Assembly: GCF_016432865.1 (NCBI RefSeq)
Contig: NC_067400.1
Coordinates: forward strand, 78,244,001-78,308,000
Length of the DNA: 64,000 nt
Reading direction: 5' to 3'
Source of the DNA: Antechinus flavipes
Taxonomy: Eukaryota
A program made the translations under genes and the position numbers. The notes below the pieces were generated by a model, which had not been told where the DNA came from, searched no databases, and saw only the letters and a list, made by a program, of their open reading frames with translations. Of the stretch, positions 52,739 through 64,000 are shown in pieces. The first letter of the stretch is position 1. Every line of letters begins with the position of its first letter.

Positions 52739-53174
52739 GGTTTGGGGCAAGCCTCTTGTGACAGGTAAAAGGTGAAATTACTAAGGGAACAAAGATTCAG
52801 TCTTCAAAATATATTGATCTATTACACAAAAAATGCTAATTGCCTAACAAAGTCAGACCAGACCTTCTCAGCTTAGACCTGGCCCCAGAAAACAGGACAA
52901 GATAGATTTTTATATATTAAAAATAATTAATCAAATAAGACTTATCATTTAAAAGAAAATTATACAACATTAAATAAACTGATTTCTAATTGGATGAAAG
53001 ATTAGGGATTTTCCAAACTGGGAGGAGGAAAGCAAACAAGTGCAATTCCCTTAAAAAAAAAAAAAAAGTGTTCCATTCTTCTCATGTCTATAAACAATCA
53101 AATAAAAATGGAAAATGGAAACAATAATTGATCAATCAATGTGGGCCAATTTTCAGATAAGACATCTGGATTGT

Positions 53175-53918
53175 TTGAAATGTACAGTTGTGTATGCCCA
53201 AAGGACTATCAAATTGTGCATACCCTTTGATCTGGCAATATCTCTATTGGGTCTGTATCCCAAAGAGATCATGATAAAAGGGAAAAGGACCCATATGTGG
53301 AAAAATGTTTGTAGCAGCCCTTTTTATTGTGACAAGGAATTTGAAATTGAGTGGATACCCATCAGTTGAGGGATGGTGAATAAATTATGATATGTGAATG
53401 TTATAGCATATTATTGTTCTGTAAGAAATGATCTATAAGAAATTCAGAGAGGTCTAGAGATCATTGCATGAACTGATGCTGAGTGAAATGAGCAGAAGTA
53501 GGAGAAAGAACTTTGTACACAGTAACAGCAAAACTAAGCCATGATCAACTATGATAGACTTAACCCTTCTCAGCAATACAATGATCCAAGACAATTCTAA
53601 TAGACTTGGGCTAGAAAATGCCATCTGCATCCAGAGAGAAAACTTTGGAGACTGTATGTAAATCAGAGCATACTATTTTTATCTTTTTATTTTGTATGAT
53701 TTTTCTTTCTCATAGTTTTTCCCTTTTGTTTTGATTTATCTTTCACAACATAACCAATGTGGAAATATGTTTAAAATGATTAGGATGGGAAGGGAAAGAG
53801 AGAGAGAAAAATTTGGAATTAAAAGTTTTACAGAAATGAAGATTGAAACTTATCTTTACCTGTAATTGGAAAAATAAAATACTATTGAGAAATTAAAAAA
53901 AAAAAAAGAAAGAAAGAA
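53175..53918 (+). mobile_element. L1 3' fragment
   Basis: ORF track QRTIKLCIPFDLAISLLGLYPKEIM; 3'UTR; A-tail. Confidence 0.85.
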
Positions 53919-54518
53919 ATGGACAGCTATAAGTAAACTCCTTACCTCAATCTTTGGATCTGCTTGAGTTTTTAAGTCTGTATAGCCTAGGTTCTTGGTT
54001 AGGGTTTTCTAAGCAGCACAGAGAGCTGTTTTATTTTGCAGCCATTTAGGACTATGTTCAAACATGCTCTAAAATTTTTGCTTAATTTCCACAATGAGTG
54101 AAGTTTTCTTAAAAAACAGAAATTGAAATGGATCCATAATTTAATAGAAACTAAGCTAGAGTCACTGAGTCACAAGATGGAGTCCCCCAATTAACCATCA
54201 CTGTCTTAATATCTTTCAGTTTCCACTTCCATATCTTCAAGATGGAGATAATAAAAGTGTCTTCTTCACAGGGTTGTTGTGAGCATTAGATAATGCAGAT
54301 AAAGTTGCAGGCTAACTATATATATTTATGCTATTACTATTATGAAAATGGCAAAAACAAAACTTAGGAAAGGAAATTGAGTTTCACAATCAGCATGCTA
54401 TTACTACCTTCATCTTAATCAATACATCCCTTTCCAGTGTTGCTGTACTACTTTGAGATCTGATTGACTATTCTCCTACTGCCTTCTCTTTCCCTCCAAT
54501 ATATATATAAGCACGCAC

Positions 54519-54566
<48 letters not shown>

Positions 54567-57500
54567 TCTATGAGTCAATGGCAGGCCAAGTGGCTTAGCT
54601 CTTTATTAAGAAAATAAAATTATTAAGAAAATAAAATAAGAAAAAAAGAAAATAATTTTGGCAAAGAAAAATAATGAATTCCAATATAAATATAATGCTC
54701 AAATTGAAATAATAGGGGGCAATTGACAGAAAGCAGAAAGTAAACCTTGATTCTTTCTATAAATTCAGAGCTCACAGTCTCATTTTCTACCCTTAAAGTC
54801 AATTCTATCCCTGATGAGATCAGGATACCTTACAGTAAGATAATACATGTTCAGAGTGTCAGGTGCTACTCCATGTCTGTAATGGGTTAGAATTCAGGAA
54901 CAAGCTTACAAACAGCCTAATTTACCTCACTAAAATGTACATGCTTTGAAGTAAAATCGATCAAACAATAAATATTTCTTATGGGCCTACTATGTGCCAA
55001 ACACTGTACTAAGTGCAAGACTGCGTACAAATTTTCTTTTGGTGAATATCTGTAGATTTTAGAATCTATTTGGCAGCCCCATCTTTTTCCACTCCCTTAG
55101 AATGCCACTTTCCAAGAGATTTCCATTGACGGCTAGTTCAAGTGGTCTTTGTTTAATAAGCTTGATGAATATATGGGCTTTCTATAAAACCTATCTGCAT
55201 CAGTATCAATCTAAACCATTGCCCAAAATAGTTTTCAATTCTCCAAATTCAATCCCAGAGCTCCTTCATAATTACACCAGTTGATTCTAACCATCATCCA
55301 GGATTTCCTCTTTTAGCTCTTCCCAAAGATCATTCACTTTTTGTAATTAATGATGGCTACAGAAGGATTTTAAACTAGATTATTCATAAAAATAATGATA
55401 AGAAGAACTAGAATCCCAGCCAGTTTAACAAAGAAATAGTTATATATCCCACTTCTACCTACATGCTATTGATTTCTGGCCCCTTCTCTTTCCCTCCTTC
55501 CAATAGCCCAATTTAGGTCTCCACAAAAGAGCACCATAATCAGGATACAGAACCTATGACAGATTTAGGTTCTTTATCTCCATTGGACATTTACCTCCTT
55601 TCCAGAAGTTTTCCCAACTATATTCAGTTCCCTTTGATGTTTCTCTTTTCATGGCCTTCATAACAATGGTGTCTATTTTTTGGCCAAATCTGCAATCTTA
55701 CCTGCTTTGTAGATATTTGCCACTTACCTCAGATACTTCTGGCCACTCATTTCCAGAAACAGTCTTTACTAAGTACAGCCAACTATCCAACACTACCAAC
55801 TGCTGCTCCTCTCAAAGTCTTCCCCTTCCCAGAACTCCCCAGTTTCCAGAAGACTTTTGATGTTGTCTAAAAACTTAGATGTCATTCTCATGATATCATT
55901 GGTCTTCTTTGAGAATGGAGGATGGACAATAACAACGTCATGAATCTCAGTCCTCAGTATTATGGGGAAACAAACTCTTTTCTTATCAGTGCATGTGCCT
56001 TTCTTCTTTGTTCCCCCAACCCTCATAAAAGCAGGAATGAGGAAGAAAAGGGAGAAAAAGTTAAATTGACTACTTCTGGCTCCTTTAACAGATCTTAATC
56101 TCATATATAGATATACCCTCCATCAATACAGATCCTAACCTCTCCACAATCTTTCCTCTGTGAATCCTTGTCCAAATTTTCCCATTGGTCTGCCTCAAGG
56201 TCTTTTAAATTTTTATGGATACTGTCTGACAGAGAGGAAATGGACTAAATATGCAGAATGAGAAACATTCCCATATAGGAAATTTTTTTCATTTGTTTGA
56301 TTGTGTACATACACCAGGGCTTTCTTTTTCTATTTTTTTCTAGTGAAAGGATTGGGGAAGGGAAAGAAAATTAAAGTTTGTTCATTTAAAAAGTAAAATT
56401 TAATTTAAAACTATCATGGATGCCAGCACAACACTTAGCTTGTCTCTCTGCTATCTTTTACTCTGAAGTGCAATCAGCCTATCTTCTTTTCCTATGATTC
56501 ATTTCCTGGTCATTTCTTGTGTATAGGTCATCTTTGGTAATATGTTACAACCTACATTGCCTTTTAAGTTGCCTACAATTTTTCTTTTTCAGATACTGGT
56601 ATTCCAAGATTCACTATCATATAGAAGAAGCATTGTACAACTTCCAAAATGCAATCCAGTCCATACACTCCAGTTTAATTCTGACATAGTGTATTGGTAG
56701 ATATAGCTAGGATAGATTTAGATAGGATAAGTAGATGTAATAGTAAATGTAAAAATTATGGTCTCTCCAAAGTTGGTCATATTTTAGTTTAGTCTGTATT
56801 AATGTTAATGTTTACTCCTTCGTTGTCTTAAAACTAGACAATCAACAAATCAATATATTAAGCTCTGATTTTCAGGCTTTGCAGATTTTACTGCAAATTT
56901 TACTGCAAGATTTCACTGCAAAATCCACACTGAAATTTTAACAATTGGTTCTCTGATAGGGTGTGACAATCTTGGATAAGCCCCATAGATGGCCTATCAT
57001 ATGGACTACAAAGGTTATAGAGATGTATTTAGATCCTTGAGACAAATCCACAAGAAATGTCTAACCTACTTGTGTGGTAGATAAAGTACTAAATGGACTG
57101 AGAGTCAGAAGATATTGGTCCTAGTTCCCATTCTGATATTTACTGTCAATTTCAGCATGCCATTTAATTTTTCTGGAAAAATAAAAAAAGAGTATCTGAA
57201 AACATGATGTGAAGTATAAAATATCAAAAATATCACTTTTTGTAATTATATCTCCATTTTATATTAAATTCTTCATGTGGTAGTTGCTTCTCCCTGCCTT
57301 ATACCTACCTTGGATCCTATCACACTCTCATACCTTCCATCATTTTTTCTATCAACTTCCAGGTTATTAAAAAAAAAAAAACCTTCATTATTGTTTGATG
57401 TCTGTTTAAATGAAAATTATCTCATTTCCTTGTTCTGTGCTATGATAAAGGACATTTCCTATGTAACCTAAAAATAGTACTGACCTATTTTTTTCTCATG

Positions 57501-59347
57501 GCGTGATACAGCATAGCATCATGGAAAGATCATAGGAGTCAGGAGACTGAACAATAACATGAGATAAAGCTAGCTGGAAAGAGGGCATAGCACAAGAATA
57601 TGGAAAGCTATGAATGTCAGGTTAAGAAATTAGACTTTACTTGACTGACAGGAGGAAATCATTGAAGAAAATATGAATGAAGTACTTAGATTTTTGTATA
57701 AGGTAGATTAATTTGGCAATGTTGTGAAAGGTAAATTTGGGTTGGAGAGAAACTAGGAGCAAGGAGACCAGTTAGAAAACTGATGCTATTGAAAGTCATA
57801 TACTATGGTAGCAAAGCCAAAAGTGAGAGAAAGAAGGGAGAAAATTTGAAAGAAAAAGATCTTTGGAGAAGTATTAAAAACTGGAAAGGACATCCAATAA
57901 AATGTCATCTAGTCTAATACCCTGATTTCATAGATGAAAAAACCAAGGTCCAGATTCATTAAGTAATTTCTGCCGTCACATAGGGAGTATGTGTCAGTGC
58001 TGAGTTTCAGGCTCAGATCCTTTAACTCCAAACACAATGCTCTTTCAATAACAAGAAACCTGAAAAGAGTTAAATGATGACTCTGAGATTTCAAGCATGT
58101 ACAAATGGGTTAATCATCCATAAAAGTAGGAAACAATTAAATGGTAACTGGAAAGGGTTACTAGAGTCTGTTTCAACCCTTATCACTCTGAATTACAGTG
58201 CTCTATAATTCTATAGTGGGCTATAAGAGTAGGTAGATTCATTGTATAAGCTAAAAATGTTTTATTTGGGAAATCCTTATCTCATTTATGGCCCCGAGAA
58301 TATATATTATAGGTTCAAAGTACTCTGTGGGGCTTCATCCATTCAAAACCATAGCTCGTAAACCCCTACTGAGATATTTACTTTTTTTTCTAATCAGTCA
58401 CAGTTTAAAATTAAAGAAAAGTATTAACGGATCTGCCTAACAAGAAAGCCCAAGTACAATCTTTTTTTTTTTCTCATAAACCTGATCCTATTCTCATAGT
58501 GGGGAGAGTTGTATTCACAGGGATCATCCATATTGAACACACTCAGGAAACACATACAGCCACTGCACATGAGCAAAGTGATAATCTGTGCCTTTGATGC
58601 TATAGGACCATAGAACAGACAATTTCTGGTTATGTCATTATGATGCTCTGGGTCTATTCTCACAGAGTATGACATTTCCACTTAATATTTCCTCAACTGG
58701 TAATGGACATGGGCCATGTTCACTTGTCACAAATGATCTCTTGGTGGCTGCTGGACAGGGAGTCTCTTTGGGACAGGGCTCCCTGTTTCTGGACTTCATT
58801 TATTCAAAACTACCTTTGGTCATTTCAGCTCTAGACTACTAGAAGGCAGAACTTTTCTCTGATAAGGGTAAATGCACAACTCCTTAGTCAATTCCACTCA
58901 TATAGGAGATTTGGGCTTTTATAGCTTTGTTTTATCATAAGAAACTATTTTTGCTGGGTTCTTTGCAAGTTCCAAGTCTGAAGTTAGTATGTAAGTAAAA
59001 TAGTCTATTATATTATATAGTATATAAATAAATAAAATTTACATTAAACAAAATAAATTTTCTTTTCTGTGAATATTCTTTAGAAATCATTTAAGATTGT
59101 ATTTTTTAATAACAAGTATTTCTCTTCCATCAAGAAAATTTTTTTAAAGATATTTTTATCTATCTCCAATGTCTAGCCTGACACATAGCAATTAGTAAAT
59201 GTTTGTTGATTGATATGTCAGTCAATCAATAAACATTTATTAAGCACCTACTGTGTTCCAGGTACTGTGCTAAATGCTGGACAAGTCAAAAGTAATAATA
59301 AATTTGATCATGAGTGATGAGGTAAATGGCAGAATATTGATAAAAGA

Positions 59348-60876
59348 GTGAAATAATATGTGACCCTGGGCAAGTCACTTAAACCCAATTGCCTGGAGGG
59401 GGGAGGAGAAGTGAAATAAGAGGAATGATCAGTTTTTGGTGAAAAGATAATAAAATTGGTTCTATATATTTTAAGTTTCAAGTTTTGGTAGGCCATCATT
59501 CAAATACAAAATTTGACTATGAAATATTAGGTAAATAGTAGTACTATTGATAAAAGTGAAATAATATGTGACCCTGGGCAAGTCACTTAAACCCAATTGC
59601 CTGGAGGGGAGTGGGGAAGTGAAATAAGAGGATCAGTTTTTGGTAAAAAGATAATAAAATTGGTTCTATATATTTTAAGTTTGAAGTGTTGGTAGGCCAT
59701 CATTCAAATACAAAATTTGACTATGAGATATTAGGTAAATAGTAGTACTATTGATAAAAGTGAAATAATATGTGACCCTGGGCAAGTCACTTAAACCCAA
59801 TTGCCTGGAGGGGGGAGGAGAAGTAAAATAAGAGGAATGATCAGTTTTTGGTAAAAAGATAATAAAATTGGTTCTATATATTTTAAGTTTCAAGTTTTGG
59901 TAGGCCATCATCCAAATACAAAATTTGATTATGAGATATTAGGTAAATAGTAGTACTATTGATAAAAGTGAAATAATATGTGACCCTGGGCAAGTCACTT
60001 AAACCCAATTGCCTGGAGGGGAGTGGGGAAGTGAAATAAGAGGATCAGTTTTTGGTAAAAAGATAATAAAATTGGTTCTATATATTTTAAGTTTGAAGTG
60101 TTGGTAGGCCATCATTCAAATACAAAATTTGATTATGAGATATTAGGTAAATAGTAGTACTATTGATAAAAGTGAAATAATATGTGACCCTGGGCAAGTC
60201 ACTTAAACCCAATTGCCTGGAGGGGGGAGGAGAAGTAAAATAAGAGGAATGATCAGTTTTTGGTAAAAAGATAATAAAATTGGTTCTATATATTTTAAGT
60301 TTCAAGTTTTGGTAGGCCATCATCCAAATACAAAATTTGATTATGAGATATTAGGTAAATAGTAGTACTATTGATAAAAGTGAAATAATATGTGACCCTG
60401 GGCAAGTCACTTAAACCCAATTGCCTGCAGGGGGGAGGAGAAGTGAAATAAGAGGAATGATCAGTTTTTGGTGAAAAGATAATAAAATTGGTTCTATATA
60501 TTTTAAGTTTCAAGTTTTGGTAGGCCATCATCCAAATACAAAATTTGATTATGAGATATTAGGTAAATAGTAGTACTATTGATAAAAGTGAAATAATATG
60601 TGACCCTGGGCAAGTCACTTAAACCCAATTGCCTGGAGGGGAGTGGGGAAGTGAAATAAGAGGATCAGTTTTTGGTGAAAAGATACTAAGATTGGTTCTA
60701 TATATTTTAAGTTTGAAGTGTTGGTAGGTCATCATCCAAATACAAAATTTGACTATGAGATATTAGGTAAATGGTAGTACTATTGATAAAAGTGAAATAA
60801 GAGGAGAAAAGTGAAAAGATAAACTTGGTTTTATACATTTTGAGTTTGAAGTGTTCGTAGGCCATCATCTAAATAC
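59348..60876. repeat. Tandem array: 7 full 204/208-bp units plus one diverged SINE-less unit
   Basis: Unit starts GTGAAATAATATGTGACC at 59348, 59556, 59760, 59968, 60172, 60380 and 60588; partial unit at 60792. Confidence 0.95.
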
Positions 60877-60956
60877 CTGTATTTCCATTAGCGTCAGCCA
60901 ACAGGTAGTTATTAGGTGCTTAGTGTTTGCCAGGAACTATGAAAAGTGCTGAATAT

Positions 60957-61624
60957 AGTGTTTCTATTGGGCTTATATCCCAAAGAAATACTAAAGAAGG
61001 GAAAGGGACCTGTATGTGCCAAAATGTTTGTAGCAGCCCTGTTTGTAGTGGCTAGAAACTGGAAAATGAATGGATGCCCATCAATTGGAGAATGGCTGGG
61101 TAAATTGTGGTATATGAATATTATGGAATATTATTGTTCTGTAAGAAATGACCAGCAGGATGAATACAGAGAGGCTTGGAGAGACCTACATGAACTGATG
61201 CTAAGTGAAATGAGCAGAACCAGGAGATCATTATACACTTCGACAACGATATTGTATGAGGACATATTTTGATGGAAGTGGATTTCTTTGACAAAGAGAC
61301 CTGAGTTTCAATTGATAAATGACGGACAAAAGCAGCTACACCCAAAGAAAGAACACTGGGAAACGAATGTGAACTACCTGCATTTTTGTTTTTCTTCCCG
61401 GATTATTTATACCTTCTGAATCCAATTCTCCCTACGCAACAAGAGAACTGTTCGGTTCTGCAAACATATATTGTATCTAGGATATACTGCAACATATCCA
61501 ACATATAAAGGACTGCTTGCCATCTAGGGGAGGGGGTGGAGGGAGGGAGGGGAAAAAAAAATCGGAACAGAAATGAGTGTCAATATAATGTAATTATTAA
61601 ATAAAAAATTAAAAAAAAAAAAAA
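60957..61624 (+). mobile_element. Young 5'-truncated L1 with TSD, inserted in an L2 tail
   Basis: Open ORF2 C-terminus (LGLYPKEILKKGKGPVCAKMFVAALF...); 16-bp TSD GAAAAGTGCTGAATAT at 60941-60956 and 61625-61640. Confidence 0.95.
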
Positions 61625-64000
61625 GAAAAGTGCTGAATATTCAAAGAAAGGCAAAAACACAGGCTCTTGCTACTGGAAGCTCAAGTTCTAATGGGCTCAA
61701 GTTCTATACACAAATAGCTGTATACATACAAGATATGGACAAGGTAAGCAGACTAAAATAGACCTCTTGTGCAAGGCAGAATGTAGACAAAGAGAAGAGG
61801 AGGCTTAGAATAAAAGATTTAGCTTATAAGGAAGGTAGAGAAATGAAGAGACATTAGAATCTTTGAGACCTCAGAGAATTCCAGATGGTGGTTAGTTATC
61901 TTCAAGTTCTTCCCTTTGTTTATTCTGTCACTTTTTAACTTGTTAGCATACATAAACCCACAAAAATTAAATGCAGGGCATACTTAAATTTTCAGAAATG
62001 TAGCTATTACAGACATCAAAGCACACCTGTACTTCTATTTCGGGCTGTCTACTTAATAAGCATGACTCATGAAGTCATTCAGGTGCTTCTTAAAGAACAT
62101 CAGAATTTAGATTTTATGTTGTAGAAAGAACACAAGTACAAGTATACCCTCCAGGGATTAGTAAGGAACATTTCTTGAATGGAGTCTTTGAATGCAGGAA
62201 ATGTTTTCATTTTATTTTTTCATAAGGTCTAAATTTTTTTTTATTTAATAAGTAAGTTTTTGTTTTTGTTTTTATTTAGAAACCAAAAGGGGATACAGCT
62301 TTGGACTTCATTACTCTTTATATCATTCTTGGCTTTCTGACTTTTCCTCATTCTTTCTCCTTTAAAAAAAAAAAATCATCTCTTCTACCAAATTCAACAC
62401 ATTTTTATTGTACTATAGATTTATGAGCTCATGTCCCCAGTGTCCTGCCAGGTCTAATTTGTAATAAGAACTTGACTAGAATCAAGTTGCAAGATGGTGG
62501 GTCACATCCCTGGATGTTTCCCACCAGCTGTGGGCTTGGCAAAATTGTAACATGTACTACATCCTGCCTTTTAGATTAGTTAGAATGAGGAAATATATCC
62601 AGTCTCAGATGAATTTTTTAAAATGTTAAAATGTCAACAACTGAGGTGAATTTGAACAATTTTGTCTCCATCAGTGATCCTGAATTTGCTATAGTATAGC
62701 TGAACTGCAATGGGGGGATTAAGGATTAGGTTTAGTTCAGACGTTTTGAGTTGTTTTTTAAATAATACTTTCTTAGGAGATCTAGAAGGTGCCATTGGCC
62801 CATACTCTTTGACACAAAGCATGCTTGAAAAGCATGTCTAAATCACCAGATGCAGTTACTAATTCAAAACAGATGCATCTTTTCAAATATTCTGAGGACT
62901 ATGTAACTCCCATAAGCAAGAATTTCAGTGTTCTGATTATAGATCCTGCTCTCTGAGCAATTTTTTGTTGTTCATTATTTTTTAGGATGGTCACAGAAAT
63001 TCCCAAGTGTAGCTGAAATAGAAAATGATAAAAGAGACCTACATCCGTGAAACTCTCTGTCCTCTTCTTCATTCTTCCAATAGATGCCCTTGGGATGCCC
63101 TTATATGAAAATTAATATATATTACATATACATAACTAAATAAAAATTTAAATTAAATTAAAATTATATATTATACATAGAAAATAAAAATTTTCTGTAA
63201 TTGAGGTAACATCTGGTTAAGATCAAAAAGGCAAGTGTTTCATTGACTTCAGTTATAGAAAATTTTAATAACGCCTCTTCTTTATAGTATAGATATACTG
63301 CTGAAGAAGGTTTTGGTGCTCTTAACAGAATGAAGCCAGGAGAGAAGTAATTTTCCTCTCTGGTGACTTTTAACTCTATTATAAATATGCCTGTGCATTT
63401 ATTTGAAGGGCTTAGAGATCATTTTTGCCAGACAACTCTAACTTAATTAAGGGCCCTCTTAGGTAATGATGTCCTAAAGACATTATAAATCTCCAACTTC
63501 TGGGAAGACAAGCACATCCAAGAAATACTAGAACAAAACAGTGTAGGGTACACTAATTATCCTGATTATTCTCCTCAGTGGCTGAATGAACCAGCCGTTT
63601 CAATTCCATGTCTATCTACCTAATCAAGCATGAGATGCAGAATAATAGACGTATACAAATATCTAAGATAAGTCCTGTACAAAAGATCTGTTTTCCATAC
63701 TCAGTCATCACCTACTTTGAGGACTATGACATCAATATGAAAAAGAGCAAACAGAAATAAAAAGCACTGAAAAATGAAAGAAAATGGCCTGAATAATAGC
63801 TAACATTATCTTTTTGCTATCCCAGTGTTTAGCATAGTGCTTGGCAAACAGTAGGTACTTAATAAATATTTATGGATTTATTTGATGCTCTCAACTCTAT
63901 AAAATAGGTACTATTATTATGCTTTTTTTTTTTCTCTCTTAAAAAAAAAACTGAGGCTGAGGTTAAGGGATTAACCCAAAGGTCATATAATTAATTAGTA

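Noticed and set aside
59308-60531. Repeated MMAYQNLKLK... ORFs and a CRISPR-like periodicity
   Set aside because: The ORFs are by-products of the 204/208-bp array. Units are near-identical along their length with no unique spacers, and the DNA is mammalian.
27100-64000. GPR1/CMKLR2 coding exon expected from synteny
   Set aside because: There is no long seven-transmembrane ORF in the track; it presumably lies outside the window.

Overview
This is marsupial genomic DNA, probably from a dasyurid, judging by the L1 3' ends, CORE-SINEs and OC1-type hAT MITEs. It holds the 5' end of ZDBF2 on the minus strand: a CpG-island promoter at ~25.5-27.1 kb, a likely 51-nt non-coding exon (3262-3312), and the first coding exon (1764-1869, encoding MQNRQGYCNCCHMHYINLEQ, the start of the DBF4-type zinc finger). 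The rest of the CDS lies beyond coordinate 1. The ~37 kb upstream of the promoter contains no recognisable protein-coding exon; I did not find GPR1/CMKLR2, the usual neighbour. That upstream region has a second CpG-rich promoter-like patch with paired RFX X-boxes (~39.0-39.8 kb), an intact solo LTR oriented towards ZDBF2 (40937-41531), a young L1 with an apparent 3' transduction, and a 7-copy L2+SINE tandem array with higher-order structure (~59.3-60.9 kb). The remainder is dense L1/L2/L3/RTE/SINE fossil sequence and microsatellites. Repeat family names come from recalled consensus sequences, not a database search, and boundaries of old repeats are approximate.
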